Position numbers and translations under genes: made by a program. The notes under the pieces were generated by a model. It saw only the letters and a list, made by a program, of their open reading frames with translations. It had not been told where the DNA came from and did not search any database. Below are positions 42,623 through 52,524 of a stretch of DNA of 64,000 nt, piece after piece. The DNA comes from an uncultured Rhizobium sp. (GTDB taxonomy: Bacteria; Pseudomonadota; Alphaproteobacteria; Micropepsales; Micropepsaceae), in assembly GCA_964511505.1 (NCBI GenBank), contig CAZEFQ010000168.1, forward strand, positions 6,553-70,552. The letters run 5' to 3'. How positions within the stretch are numbered: position 1 is the stretch's first letter; every line of letters starts with the position of its first letter.

Positions 42623-44467
42623 ATGCAAGAGGACAATCAGCCTCCCCGTAGCCGCCTTCCTGTCTGGTACTATTTTGTGGCCGGCCTTGCCGGATTGGCC
42701 TTACTCGGCTGGTTTTGGCAAGCGGCGGGCCATGTCGAAACCATACCCTATAGCCAGTTCGAGACCCTGGTTTTCCAGGACAAGGTGAAAAGCGTCACGG
42801 TCGGCCAGGACACTATCACCGGGACTCTTAAGTCTCCGCTGCCCGACGGCAATACGCAGTTCGCGACATTAAAGGTCGATCCCCAGATCGCCGCGGCGCT
42901 CGCGGAAAAGAATGTGGAAGTGCAGGGCACGCCCGACAGTTCCTGGCTTTCCACTCTTCTTTCCTGGATCGTTCCGGCGCTCGCCTTTTACCTGATCTGG
43001 TCCTACCTGTTTCGCAGCAGCAGTGCCGGCCAGGGGCTCACCGGATTGAGCGCTTTGGGAAAATCCCGCGCCAAGGTCTATGTCGAGCGGGACATCAGAG
43101 TCACCTTCGCGGATGTGGCCGGCGTGGATGAAGCCAAGTTCGAGCTTCAGGAGTTGGTGTCATTCCTGAAAGACCCCAAAGCCTATGGACGGCTGGGAGC
43201 GCACGTTCCCAAGGGCGTGCTGCTGGTCGGGCCGCCTGGAACCGGCAAGACCTTGCTGGCGCGGGCAGTGGCAGGAGAGGCGGGCGTGCCGTTCTTCTCC
43301 ATTTCCGGTTCGGAGTTTGTGGAGATGTTTGTGGGCGTTGGGGCGGCACGCGTTCGCGATCTTTTCGAACAGGCGCGCAAAGCGGCGCCTTCCATCATCT
43401 TCATTGACGAACTGGATGCATTGGGGCGCAGCCGCATTGCCGGCGCGTATGGCGGCATCGACGAAAAGGAGCAGACCCTTAACCAGCTGCTTTCGGAGTT
43501 GGATGGATTTGACCCGCGTGTCGGCGTGATTCTTCTCGGCGCGACCAACAGGCCTGAGATTCTTGATCCGGCCCTTTTGCGCGCCGGGCGCTTCGACCGC
43601 CAGGTGCTGGTGGACCGGCCTGATCTCGGCGGACGGCTCGCGATTCTCAAAGTGCATGTGCGCAAGATCAAGCTCGACGGGGCCACGGATTTGACAAAGA
43701 TCGCCGGCCTCACCACGGGCTTTACCGGCGCCGATATCGCCAATCTGGTTAACGAGGCGGCGATTGCCGGCACGCGACGCGGCGCTACGGCAGTGGCCCT
43801 GGAGGATTTCACCGTGGCCATCGAGCGCATTGTGGCGGGCATCGAAAAGAAAAGCCGCGTTCTCAATCCGGAGGAGCGCCGCCGCGTCGCTTATCATGAA
43901 ATGGGGCATGCCCTGGTGGCGGCCAGCCTGCCGGATGTCGATCCTGTCCAGAAAGTGTCCATCATACCGCGCGGTGTCGGCGCGCTCGGCTACACGCTGC
44001 AGCGCCCGACCGAGGACCGTTTCCTGCTGACCGCCTCGGCGCTCAAGAATCGCATCGCCGTCCTGATGGGCGGCCGGGCCGCAGAACGGCTTTTGTTTGA
44101 CGGGAATGTCTCCAGCGGCGCGGCGGACGACCTGCAGCGCGCCACGGAAATCGCCGTGGAGATGGTCACCAAATATGGAATGGACGCCACGCTTGGACAG
44201 CGCACCTTCTCTCCACCGCCGAACCCTGCCGCTCTTTCGGGCTTTCAGGACCAGCTTTTCTCGGCTTCGCCGCAGACCGCGCGCGAGATCGACCTGGCGG
44301 TCAGGATGCTGCTGGAAGCGGGGGACGAAGCGGCCCGCCGGATCCTCTCCCAGCGGCGGGCCGACCTGGAAACAGGCGCGCAATTGCTCTTGACCCGGGA
44401 ATCGATACAGGCGGAGGATTTCGCCCCCCTCCGGTCCCGCGCGGAGGAACAGGCAAAGGTCGCCTGA
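42623..44467 (+). CDS. ftsH: ATP-dependent Zn metalloprotease FtsH (probably accessory paralog)
   Basis: Two [33 protein letters not shown]. Confidence 0.94.
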   Translation: MQEDNQPPRSRLPVWYYFVAGLAGLALLGWFWQAAGHVETIPYSQFETLVFQDKVKSVTVGQDTITGTLKSPLPDGNTQFATLKVDPQIAAALAEKNVEVQGTPDSSWLSTLLSWIVPALAFYLIWSYLFRSSSAGQGLTGLSALGKSRAKVYVERDIRVTFADVAGVDEAKFELQELVSFLKDPKAYGRLGAHVPKGVLLVGPPGTGKTLLARAVAGEAGVPFFSISGSEFVEMFVGVGAARVRDLFEQARKAAPSIIFIDELDALGRSRIAGAYGGIDEKEQTLNQLLSELDGFDPRVGVILLGATNRPEILDPALLRAGRFDRQVLVDRPDLGGRLAILKVHVRKIKLDGATDLTKIAGLTTGFTGADIANLVNEAAIAGTRRGATAVALEDFTVAIERIVAGIEKKSRVLNPEERRRVAYHEMGHALVAASLPDVDPVQKVSIIPRGVGALGYTLQRPTEDRFLLTASALKNRIAVLMGGRAAERLLFDGNVSSGAADDLQRATEIAVEMVTKYGMDATLGQRTFSPPPNPAALSGFQDQLFSASPQTAREIDLAVRMLLEAGDEAARRILSQRRADLETGAQLLLTRESIQAEDFAPLRSRAEEQAKVA

Positions 44468-44497
44468 TTGTCGCTGAGCCCACGGTCTGGAGATGGA

Positions 44498-45064
44498 ATG
44501 CCCGCCGGCGAAATTTCCACCATTGCCTTGCAGGTCCAGAAGGTGGGGCAGTTGTTCGACACCCTGGATCCGTTGCCGTTCCGCGAACGGGACCTCGACC
44601 GCGAGGCCGAGGAATATATCGTGAGCTGGGCGCGGGAGCTGCCGCATCGCGACCTGTTGCGGATCGTGGTCCACCTGCCTCCGGCGGAAGCGCAAAGCGA
44701 GCAGGCGCGCATCCTGGGTCAGGCCATGCGCCGCTATTTTCACTATCGGGCGGAAATCACCGACGGGGAAGTGAAAGAGCTTTTCCGCCGCGGCCGTTTC
44801 TCGCTGGCCATCGGCCTTGCGGTGCTGGCCGCTTGCCTGGCCGCGACCCGTTTTCTGGGTGCCATGCTGCAGCCGGGGCAGCTGCACGCCTTTCTCAACG
44901 AAAGCCTGATCATCTTTGGCTGGGTGGCGAACTGGCGGCCGATCGAAATTTTTCTCTACGACTGGTGGCCGCTGGTTCGCAGGCACAGGCTGTTCCAAAG
45001 GCTGGCCGGTGCGGAGGTTGTGGTTCAGCCGAGCGACCAGGTTCCGAAGGCGGACAGCCCTTAA
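44498..45064 (+). CDS. Hypothetical membrane protein
   Basis: LDPLPFRERDLD; two C-terminal TM segments; GWVANWRPIEIFLYDWWP. Confidence 0.75.
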   Translation: MPAGEISTIALQVQKVGQLFDTLDPLPFRERDLDREAEEYIVSWARELPHRDLLRIVVHLPPAEAQSEQARILGQAMRRYFHYRAEITDGEVKELFRRGRFSLAIGLAVLAACLAATRFLGAMLQPGQLHAFLNESLIIFGWVANWRPIEIFLYDWWPLVRRHRLFQRLAGAEVVVQPSDQVPKADSP

Positions 45065-45107
45065 GCGTGCCCGAACCGAAGACCATGCGACAGTGAGGGA
45101 TGTGACC

Positions 45108-45317
45108 ATGCCTTACCGGGACAACCGCGATCTGCCCGCCACGCTCCAGGACCGTCTGCCGGCGCATGCCCAGGATATTTATCGCCAGGCTTTCAACCAC
45201 GCTTTCATGGCGCATGAAGGTGACCCCCGGCAAGAAGAGGCAGCGCACCGGATTGCCTGGGCGGCCGTGAAGAAGAAATACCGGAAAGAGGGCGAAATCT
45301 GGGTCACACGGAGTTGA
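45108..45317 (+). CDS. chaB: ChaB family protein
   Basis: MPY....LP......LP.HAQDIY..AFN.A..AHRIAWAAVK..Y.K..W. Confidence 0.9.
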   Translation: MPYRDNRDLPATLQDRLPAHAQDIYRQAFNHAFMAHEGDPRQEEAAHRIAWAAVKKKYRKEGEIWVTRS

Positions 45318-46257
45318 GCGGCCGCGCCCGGGGAAATTCGACCTCACGCGCCGTCTTGTCATCCCGCAACCCCAGAAAAACCGGCTGCCGCAGCTTTTTA
45401 TCGGCCGTGAGTTCCTGGTAGGAGATTTGCGCGACCAGACGCGGTTTGAGGTAGGTTTGTCCCTTTCCGGGCGGTGGTTCGAAGGCGGGCTGTTGCACGC
45501 GGAGCGGCTGGAATTTCTTGTAAAGCGCGGCCAGTGTGGGCCGGTCAAAACCCGTCCCAACCCTGCCCGCATAGCGCAGCTTTCCTTTTTCAAAGGCTCC
45601 CACCAGCAATGCGCCAAAATGCGACCGCTTCCCCTCCGGCGGCGTATAGCCCAGGATGACGAACTCATCTTCGCGATGGACTTTCACCTTGAGCCAGGAC
45701 GTGGAGCGTACGCCTTCATAAGATGAGCCAAGGTCCTTGGCGACAAGGCCTTCCAGTCCCTTGCGCCGGGCCTCTTGGTAAGCCTCCAATCCATTGCGGC
45801 CCAGCTCCCGGCTCAGCATAAGCGCCGGATTGGGACGAAAGACATTTTCCAACATCGTTTTGCGTGCTGACAACGGCTCGTCGCGGAGGTCCCGGCCATC
45901 GCAATAGAGGCAATCGAACACGACGTAGACGGGCGTACCGGCCCCCTGCTGCAGGGATTGAAAGTGGGACACGCCCTGCCGGTCGAACACCACGGCTTCG
46001 CCGTCCAGGATCAGGCTGGCCGGCGGGAGCTTTGCCACCGCCATTGCGATCTTGCCGAACTGATCTGTGCGGTCCTTGCCGTTCCGGGACCGGAGCCTCA
46101 CTTGGCCCCGCCGCTTAAAAGCCAGGATGCGGTCGCCGTCATATTTTTCCTCATAGATCCAGCCCGGCCGGTCAAACGGCTCCGCCACCAGGGTTGCCAG
46201 CATAGGCTTCGCCCGCGCCGGAAAATACGCCTCTTTGGTCGGGGATCTCTTGGGCAT
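45304..46257 (-). CDS. ATP-dependent DNA ligase, LigD ligase domain only
   Basis: PMLA, EEKYDG, LDGE, FDCL, EGLVAK, WLKVK, VGTGF, LRQPVFLGLRDDK; alternative TTG start at 46305. Confidence 0.9.
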   Translation of the reverse strand: MPKRSPTKEAYFPARAKPMLATLVAEPFDRPGWIYEEKYDGDRILAFKRRGQVRLRSRNGKDRTDQFGKIAMAVAKLPPASLILDGEAVVFDRQGVSHFQSLQQGAGTPVYVVFDCLYCDGRDLRDEPLSARKTMLENVFRPNPALMLSRELGRNGLEAYQEARRKGLEGLVAKDLGSSYEGVRSTSWLKVKVHREDEFVILGYTPPEGKRSHFGALLVGAFEKGKLRYAGRVGTGFDRPTLAALYKKFQPLRVQQPAFEPPPGKGQTYLKPRLVAQISYQELTADKKLRQPVFLGLRDDKTAREVEFPRARPLNSV

Positions 46258-46301
46258 CGTTCCTGGGCAAAGGCCGTTATGACGGCACTCGATAGCGATC
46301 C

Positions 46302-47630
46302 TCAAAGACCGAAGGGGTAGGTCTCCGGCATCCCTTTGGGCCGCTCAAGCGGCAAGGGCGTGATGGCACGGCTGTCCTCAAACCAGATCAGGGCATCGAA
46401 CTGTTCGCTCATGACGGCCTGGAAATAATGGCTGAGCAATTCCGTGTCCGGGCGATAGACGACCCCGATGGCGCGTTCCAGCCGCACCTCTTGCAGCAGC
46501 GCGCGCAGGTCAGGGCGGGTCCGCCAATCGGTGAGCGATCTTGCATGTCCGGCATGGCGAAAAAGATATTCATAACTGTCCGGCCGCGCCGGACGTACCG
46601 CCTTGACCTCCATCGGCGAGTCCCAGTCGGATGCCGCCGCCACCGTTCCGCGATCGGTGCCAAAGCCGATCGCCGCCATGTCCGAACCATAGGCGGTGCG
46701 GCAAAGCTCACCGATATTGAACTCTCCCTCCCAACCCATGGAGGTGGCCGCAGCGTTGCCGATATGGGAGTTGTGCGCCCATACAACCGTCTTTGCCTTT
46801 TTTCGGTGCTTCACCAGAAGCTGCAGAGTATCGAACATATGGCGATCACGCAGGTTCCAGGATTCGCGCGATCCCCGGTACATGATCCGGTAATAGCGTT
46901 CGGCCGCACGGACGATGCGGGCGTTCTGCGCGGCGTCAAAGAAATCATTCCCGTCCCTGGCGGCATAGTCCAGGCGCGCCTTGAGCAGGTTCAGGAGTTG
47001 CTCCTGGACTTCGGCTTCGCAAGTTTCTCCACCCATGACCGCATGGTGTCCATAACGGCCGGGATCGTCCTGCCAGGGCGTGAGACATCCATAACGCCGC
47101 CGCGCTGCGGCGGCCTCCTGCGGGTCGATCCTGTCCAGGTAGGAAAGGACCGCAGCCATGGAAGTGGATAGGCTGTAGATATCCAGTCCGCGAAACTCGA
47201 CCCGGTCCGCTTCCGGCCGCGGCTGATTGAATTTGCGCAGCCACTCGGCGAATTCCAGCACTTCCTGGTTGCACCACATCCAGCTGGGGAAGCGCGAGAA
47301 CGCCCGTTCGCCCTCCAGATGCGAAGAGCCATGCCGGACATAACGGTCGATCCGGCCGGCATCGGGCCAGTCGGCCTCCACAGCGACAATATTGAAACCG
47401 TGATCCCGGATCAGGCAGCGCGTGATCGCCGCCCGGGCACGGTAGAACTCACTGGGTCCGTGTGTCGCCTCACCCAGTAGGACGATTTCCGCCGCGCCGA
47501 AACGATGGAAAAAATCGCCAAAGCCATCGGCCTGCTCGGGCGGCGGCAGATCCTCGGCGGCCGATGAGAGGATGCGAACCGCGTCGCTTTGGGAACGGTC
47601 CAGTGGGCGGGTGCGAATATCCTGAACCAT
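46302..47630 (-). CDS. Erythromycin esterase family protein
   Basis: LGEATHG, EADWPD, WNLRDRHM, WAHNSH, ERAIGVVY. Confidence 0.9.
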   Translation of the reverse strand: MVQDIRTRPLDRSQSDAVRILSSAAEDLPPPEQADGFGDFFHRFGAAEIVLLGEATHGPSEFYRARAAITRCLIRDHGFNIVAVEADWPDAGRIDRYVRHGSSHLEGERAFSRFPSWMWCNQEVLEFAEWLRKFNQPRPEADRVEFRGLDIYSLSTSMAAVLSYLDRIDPQEAAAARRRYGCLTPWQDDPGRYGHHAVMGGETCEAEVQEQLLNLLKARLDYAARDGNDFFDAAQNARIVRAAERYYRIMYRGSRESWNLRDRHMFDTLQLLVKHRKKAKTVVWAHNSHIGNAAATSMGWEGEFNIGELCRTAYGSDMAAIGFGTDRGTVAAASDWDSPMEVKAVRPARPDSYEYLFRHAGHARSLTDWRTRPDLRALLQEVRLERAIGVVYRPDTELLSHYFQAVMSEQFDALIWFEDSRAITPLPLERPKGMPETYPFGL

Positions 47631-47639
47631 GCATCCCTC

Positions 47640-48299
47640 CTAAGCAGGGGCCGCCGCGGGCTTACGGCTGCGAGAAAGAAGTGCGATCACCTGCGCATCG
47701 CTGACCTCGCCGAAATCGCCGTAGAAATAGCCTACCGCACCAAAGGGCTCCGGCGTGGCGAGACAAACCACCAGATCGGCGTCGCCGCGGAAATCGTCTG
47801 CTACGCCCGCCGGCGCCACCGGTATAGCCATCACCACCATTGCCGGATCGCGCCGCCGTACCGCTTTGAGCGCGGCCCGCATGGTATTGCCGGTGGCCAA
47901 CCCGTCATCCACCACAATCACGATTTTGCCCTTGAGATCGGGGGCCGGGCGGCCTGCCAGGTAGAAGCGGCGGCGGCGCTCGATTTCCGCCAACTCTCGC
48001 GCGCAAATGGCATCGAATTGTTGGGGGGTCGTGCCCGTCACCCGGATCATTGCCTCATCGCGAATCACGATCGGCGCACCGCCGTCAATCACCGCCCCGA
48101 CCGCCAGTTCCTCATGCTGGGGGGCCCCGATCTTGCGCACCAGCAAAAGGTCCAGCGGCGCGTCCAGTATGTCCGCGACATGGGCGGCGACCGGCACGCC
48201 CCCGCGGGGAAGGGCAAGAACCACGCATGCCCGGCCCTTGAAAGCCGCCAAGGCTGCGGCCAACCGAAGACCTGCATCGTCGCGGTCGCGAAACAGCAT
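47640..48299 (-). CDS. Type I phosphoribosyltransferase-like protein
   Basis: FRDRDDAG, LPRGGVPV, VVDDGLATG, AVGYFY.DF. Confidence 0.9.
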   Translation of the reverse strand: MLFRDRDDAGLRLAAALAAFKGRACVVLALPRGGVPVAAHVADILDAPLDLLLVRKIGAPQHEELAVGAVIDGGAPIVIRDEAMIRVTGTTPQQFDAICARELAEIERRRRFYLAGRPAPDLKGKIVIVVDDGLATGNTMRAALKAVRRRDPAMVVMAIPVAPAGVADDFRGDADLVVCLATPEPFGAVGYFYGDFGEVSDAQVIALLSRSRKPAAAPA

Positions 48300-48309
48300 G
48301 GGTTCCTCC

Positions 48310-48963
48310 TTAGTGGAAGTTTTCCTTGAGATAACGTTCGAACCAACTCCTGGCCAAAACCATCACACCCTCCATGGCGCCGGGTTCCGGAAAGAGATGG
48401 GTGGCGCCAGGGATGATCTCCAAGCTGCTGACGGCCTTGAGCTGGCGCGCGGCCAGTCGGTTCAGATCCAGAACCTCCCGGTCATTGCCTCCGACGATAA
48501 GCAGGGTCGGGGCCGTTACGCGGGCGAGCGCCGCGCCTGCAAGATCGGGCCGTCCGCCGCGTGAAACGACCGCCGAAACCTTGTTGCCGAGTTCCGCGGC
48601 CGCGACCAGCGCCGCCGCGGCTCCGGTGCTGGCGCCGAAAAAGCCCAGGGGCAAACCGGTTGCCGGTCCCCGCCCGGCCCATGCGACGGCATCCAGCAGG
48701 CGCTCCGCCAGAAGGGCGATGTCGAAGACATTGGCCCGGTTGCGCACGGATTCTTCCGCCGGATGCAGCAAATCGAACAACAGTGTCGCCATCCCGGCCT
48801 GGTTCAGGGCATCGGCGACTTCGCGATTGCGCGTGCTGAACCGGCTGGAGCCGCTGCCATGCGCAAAGATCACCAATCCCGAAGCCCGATGCGGTCGCCG
48901 GAAGAATCCGGGAAGCCTGTTTGTCCCGACCAACACTTCACTGGGGGAGATCGTCTCGACCAT
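48310..48963 (-). CDS. Dienelactone hydrolase-like alpha/beta hydrolase
   Basis: FAHGSGSSR, GASTG, SRGGRPDL, GATHLF. Confidence 0.88.
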   Translation of the reverse strand: MVETISPSEVLVGTNRLPGFFRRPHRASGLVIFAHGSGSSRFSTRNREVADALNQAGMATLLFDLLHPAEESVRNRANVFDIALLAERLLDAVAWAGRGPATGLPLGFFGASTGAAAALVAAAELGNKVSAVVSRGGRPDLAGAALARVTAPTLLIVGGNDREVLDLNRLAARQLKAVSSLEIIPGATHLFPEPGAMEGVMVLARSWFERYLKENFH

Positions 48964-48996
48964 GGGAAAACTCTAGCAACCGCGAAAAAAGCCGAC

Positions 48997-49010
48997 TTGA
49001 CCCTGATCAA
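48997..49010. promoter_or_regulatory. FNR/FixK-type box (hydrolase operon side)
   Basis: TTGAC-CCTG-ATCAA; TAGAGT -10 on minus strand at 48970-48975. Confidence 0.8.
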
Positions 49011-49022
49011 CTCCGCGCAGCT

Positions 49023-49036
49023 TTGCGCTGGATCAA
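49023..49036. promoter_or_regulatory. FNR/FixK-type box (nitroreductase side)
   Basis: TTGCG-CTGG-ATCAA. Confidence 0.65.
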
Positions 49037-49088
49037 GGTTATTTTGCGTCCCGACGGCAGGATCACTGTGAGTTCTGGATCAAATGGC

Positions 49089-49733
49089 ATGTCTTTGCTC
49101 TCCGCCACGGTCTCTTCCATTGTCCTGCTCCCGCCTCGAAAGACCAGCGATTGCGCGGTCTTCACGGCTCTGGAACATCGCAGGACCATCCGGGACATCG
49201 GCGCGGACAAGCTGCCGCCTCAGCTTCTTTCCAATCTCCTATGGGCCGCTTATGGGATCAACCGCAGCGCCGGCCCCTTTGAGACGTCCGGCCGGACGGC
49301 GGCCTCGGCCAGCAATTCACAGGAAATAGATGTCTATGTGGCGATGGAGGAGGGCACGTTTCTTTATGAAGCCGAAGACCATCGCCTTTCCCGGATCACC
49401 GATGCCGATTTGCGGGCCGCAGCGCTGACGCCGGGGCAGGACAATTCCGGTTCGAAGGCGCCGGTGGTGCTGATTTATGCGGCGGACATGCGCAGGCTGG
49501 AATATACGCGCGGATATCGCGAACCCGGGTTGCAAGACCCGGAAGTTCAGAAATCCTATTACTATGTGGATACCGGCTTGATCGCGGGCAATGTGTATCT
49601 GTTCGCGGCCGCGGAAGGGCTGGCAGCCTGGTTTCACAATTGCGACCGCCCCGCGATAGCGCGGAAGTTGAAGCTGCGCGAGGGACAGCATGTTCTTTTC
49701 GCCCAGTCGGTCGGCTATCCCGACGGCGAATGA
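49089..49733 (+). CDS. Nitroreductase-family FMN oxidoreductase (SagB-like)
   Basis: RRTIR, LSNLLWAA.GINR, RTAASA.N.Q, DTG.IA.NVYL, AQSVGYP. Confidence 0.85.
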   Translation: MSLLSATVSSIVLLPPRKTSDCAVFTALEHRRTIRDIGADKLPPQLLSNLLWAAYGINRSAGPFETSGRTAASASNSQEIDVYVAMEEGTFLYEAEDHRLSRITDADLRAAALTPGQDNSGSKAPVVLIYAADMRRLEYTRGYREPGLQDPEVQKSYYYVDTGLIAGNVYLFAAAEGLAAWFHNCDRPAIARKLKLREGQHVLFAQSVGYPDGE

Positions 49734-49745
49734 ATTCCCGGCGGA

Positions 49746-49759
49746 TTGAGGCCGGTCAA
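49746..49759. promoter_or_regulatory. FNR/FixK-type box
   Basis: TTGAG-GCCG-GTCAA. Confidence 0.6.
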
Positions 49760-49810
49760 TTTTTTCCTTTGCCCGACAGTTAAATTGCATCCGCAGCGAT
49801 GGAGAAAAGC

Positions 49811-50392
49811 ATGCGGATTGCTGGCATTTTCCTGGCGGGAGTTCTTTCAAGCTCGGCCGCGGTGGCGAATCCGGTCAGCCTGGAAATGGACAAGCCCACC
49901 ATGGTCCAGGGCGTTGAAACGGTCTGCACCGGGGTCGGCGAGGAGGCGCGCCAAGACCCGGCCTGGAACGGCTACAGCCTGAAGGTGGAGGTGGCCGGAA
50001 ACGGCGGAGTCTATCTGGCGGACGAGATCGTGCGGGTCCGCAAAGCCGGCGCCGATCTTCTTTCCGTGCAATGTGCCGGTCCGTGGGTTCTTTTCAAGCT
50101 CCAGCCCGGTTCTTACCAGATCGTCGCGGAAATGGATGACGCCACCGCCTCTTCCCTGGCCTTCGTGGCCGGAGGAAGCCAGGGAAGGGTCATCCTTCGC
50201 TTTCCAAACATGGGCACCGGTCCCTATCCGCGGAATTACAGCGATGAGATGGCAGAGGCGCTTGGCATCAAGAACGGCCGTTTGGATGCGCTCGCGCTTC
50301 ATCCCAAGCCGCAGGACCGCCTGACGCCGAACCTGACCGCCGGTCTGGGAAAGAAAGGCGCGCGTCTGGACCTGGATTGGAAGCTGAACTGA
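49811..50392 (+). CDS. Secreted hypothetical protein
   Basis: Signal peptide; beta-rich domain with two Cys (CTGVG, CAGPW..L.PG.Y); GGAGA RBS. Confidence 0.7.
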   Translation: MRIAGIFLAGVLSSSAAVANPVSLEMDKPTMVQGVETVCTGVGEEARQDPAWNGYSLKVEVAGNGGVYLADEIVRVRKAGADLLSVQCAGPWVLFKLQPGSYQIVAEMDDATASSLAFVAGGSQGRVILRFPNMGTGPYPRNYSDEMAEALGIKNGRLDALALHPKPQDRLTPNLTAGLGKKGARLDLDWKLN

Positions 50393-50404
50393 AAAGGAAG
50401 CGCC

Positions 50405-51235
50405 ATGTCATACAAGAGCCTGTTGGTCCATCTCGATCTCGGCAAGGACAATGCCGGCCTGCTCGATTTCACCGCCGATCTCGCGCGCAGGTTCGACGCT
50501 CGCGTGATCGGAATCGCCGCCGGCCAGCCATCGGTCACGCTGGTGGGAGACGATGTCAGCGCGGGCGAGGCATTGATGGCGGATCTGGAGGAAATCAGGC
50601 GTCAGCTCGAGGCTGCGAAGGCCGCCTTCCACCGGCGGCTGGATGGCGTGGCCCGCAGGACGGAATGGAGGTCGGAAGCGGGGTACGAAATGTTGTCCTC
50701 TTATATCGCTTCGCAGGCGCATCTCGCCGATCTCATCGTCAGCGGGCCGCAACTGGCATTTTCCTTCCTGCACAATGCGAAGCGAACCAATCTCGGCGGC
50801 CTCGCGTTGGAGGCGGGTCGGCCTCTCCTGATTGTCCCGGACGGGATAACAGCATTGAAGGCGGACCATGCTTTTGTCGGCTGGAATGACAGCCGCGAAG
50901 CGCGGCGCGCCGTCGCCGATAGCCTGCCTCTGCTCAAGCTTGCCAAGGAGGTTTCCATCGTCGAAATCGCCGACGAAGCAAGGATGGGAAAAGCTCGAAA
51001 CCAGATATCGGAAATTCGGGATTGGCTGGATTGCCACGCTATCAAGGCCCAGTCATTGGTCCTGCCGGCCCGAACGGTGGACGGTGGTGATCTCCGCCGT
51101 GAACTCGGCGAGCGGCAATGCGACCTGTTCGTCGCGGGTGCCTATGGCCACAGCCGCTTGCGGGAGTTTGTCCTCAGCGGCGTAACCCGCGATCTTCTGC
51201 TCAACCCGGATTATTGCGTTCTCATATCTCATTGA
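50405..51235 (+). CDS. Tandem universal stress protein
   Basis: YKSLLVH, ADLIV, GWNDSREARRA, DLFVAGAYGHSRLRE..GVT. Confidence 0.92.
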   Translation: MSYKSLLVHLDLGKDNAGLLDFTADLARRFDARVIGIAAGQPSVTLVGDDVSAGEALMADLEEIRRQLEAAKAAFHRRLDGVARRTEWRSEAGYEMLSSYIASQAHLADLIVSGPQLAFSFLHNAKRTNLGGLALEAGRPLLIVPDGITALKADHAFVGWNDSREARRAVADSLPLLKLAKEVSIVEIADEARMGKARNQISEIRDWLDCHAIKAQSLVLPARTVDGGDLRRELGERQCDLFVAGAYGHSRLREFVLSGVTRDLLLNPDYCVLISH

Positions 51236-51314
51236 GGCTTCTGTCCACGCAGGCCGCAATCTCATTCATGCCCGGTTCATTTTGCGGCCTCTAGGAAGGC
51301 TTAAGGAGAATTGG

Positions 51315-52520
51315 ATGCCAAGCTTTCGCAAAGTGCTGTTTCAGGTTCACCTGTGGGTCGGGCTGGCGGCCGGCGTCTTTTTTATCCTGCTGGGATTATC
51401 CGGCAGCCTCTTGGTCTATCCCGAGCTTTTTACGTCTTCACCGCCCGCTCCCAAGGCAACGGCTTCCGGCACGCCGCTGTCGCTGGAAGCGGTGGTCGCG
51501 GCGGCGAGAAAAGATATGCCGCAAGCCGGCACCGGTTCCGCCACAATCACCTTGCCGCGCGTGGCCGGCAACCCGATCACCATCCAGTTCAGCAGCACCG
51601 CCGGAGGCCGGGGAGCGCGGGGCGTGGGGAATTTTCGCGGCAGCCAACCGGCAGCACGGGACGAAGCGGCGCGGCGCCCGGGTCCGGCAGGGGTGAGTGC
51701 ACAGCGCATCTATGTCGATCCCGTATCGGGCGATATTTTGGGTCATGCCAGCGCCGCACCGCGAAATTCTCCGGTGGGGCTGGCGCGTCAACTTCACGAA
51801 TCCATGCTGATGGGAGCTGCCGGCAGAACTCTGGTGGCGTGGCTGGGCGTGGGCATGCTGTTCCTCGGCTTGAGCGGGCTTTATCTGTGGTGGCCCAAGA
51901 AAGGCCAGTGGAAATTCGCCTTCGGCGTGCGGCGCACGGCGCGGGGTTTCCGGCTTTACCGGGAAATTCATGGCGCGATCGGTATCTGGTTCTGGCTGGT
52001 GTTCTTGGTCGTCACCGCGACCAGCATTCCGTTGGGCTTTCCCGGCGTCATGAGCATGCTCACGGCTTCTTCCCCCCGCAACGAGAGGGTTGCTTTCGTG
52101 CAGCCTCAAATTGTGGATGTGCCTGACAATGTCGTGCGGCTGCCGCTCAGACAGTTGGTTGCCGGCGCGGAGAAAGCTGCCGGCGCAAAGGCGACTGGTC
52201 TGGTCGTTCCCTCTCAGCCCAACCGTCCGGTCAGCGTGACTTTTGCGAACGGGAACGGTCCTCCGCGCTCCATTGCCCTCAATCCCTATACGGGACAAAG
52301 CTTCACGCCTGCGGCCTCGCCCATTGTCAACCCGGGCATTACCCGGCGTGCCATCGAACAACTCCATGGCGGAGAAGGAATGGGGCCGGTCTGGCGCTTC
52401 CTGGTGTTCCTGTCGGGCTTCCTGCCGCTGATATTTGTCGTCACCGGCCTTCTGATGTGGATTAAAAAGCGCACGGCCCGGATCGTGCAACCAAAACCCG
52501 CGTTTTCCGGGGCTTCGTAG
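51315..52520 (+). CDS. PepSY-associated TM helix protein
   Basis: HLWVGL, LHES, SGLYLWWP, EIHG, QLHGG, TGLLMW. Confidence 0.88.
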   Translation: MPSFRKVLFQVHLWVGLAAGVFFILLGLSGSLLVYPELFTSSPPAPKATASGTPLSLEAVVAAARKDMPQAGTGSATITLPRVAGNPITIQFSSTAGGRGARGVGNFRGSQPAARDEAARRPGPAGVSAQRIYVDPVSGDILGHASAAPRNSPVGLARQLHESMLMGAAGRTLVAWLGVGMLFLGLSGLYLWWPKKGQWKFAFGVRRTARGFRLYREIHGAIGIWFWLVFLVVTATSIPLGFPGVMSMLTASSPRNERVAFVQPQIVDVPDNVVRLPLRQLVAGAEKAAGAKATGLVVPSQPNRPVSVTFANGNGPPRSIALNPYTGQSFTPAASPIVNPGITRRAIEQLHGGEGMGPVWRFLVFLSGFLPLIFVVTGLLMWIKKRTARIVQPKPAFSGAS

Positions 52521-52524
52521 GCTG

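Noticed and set aside
46302..47630. Macrolide resistance gene ere
   Set aside because: Family membership only; the context matches the PRTase-linked stress group rather than mobile ereA/ereB.
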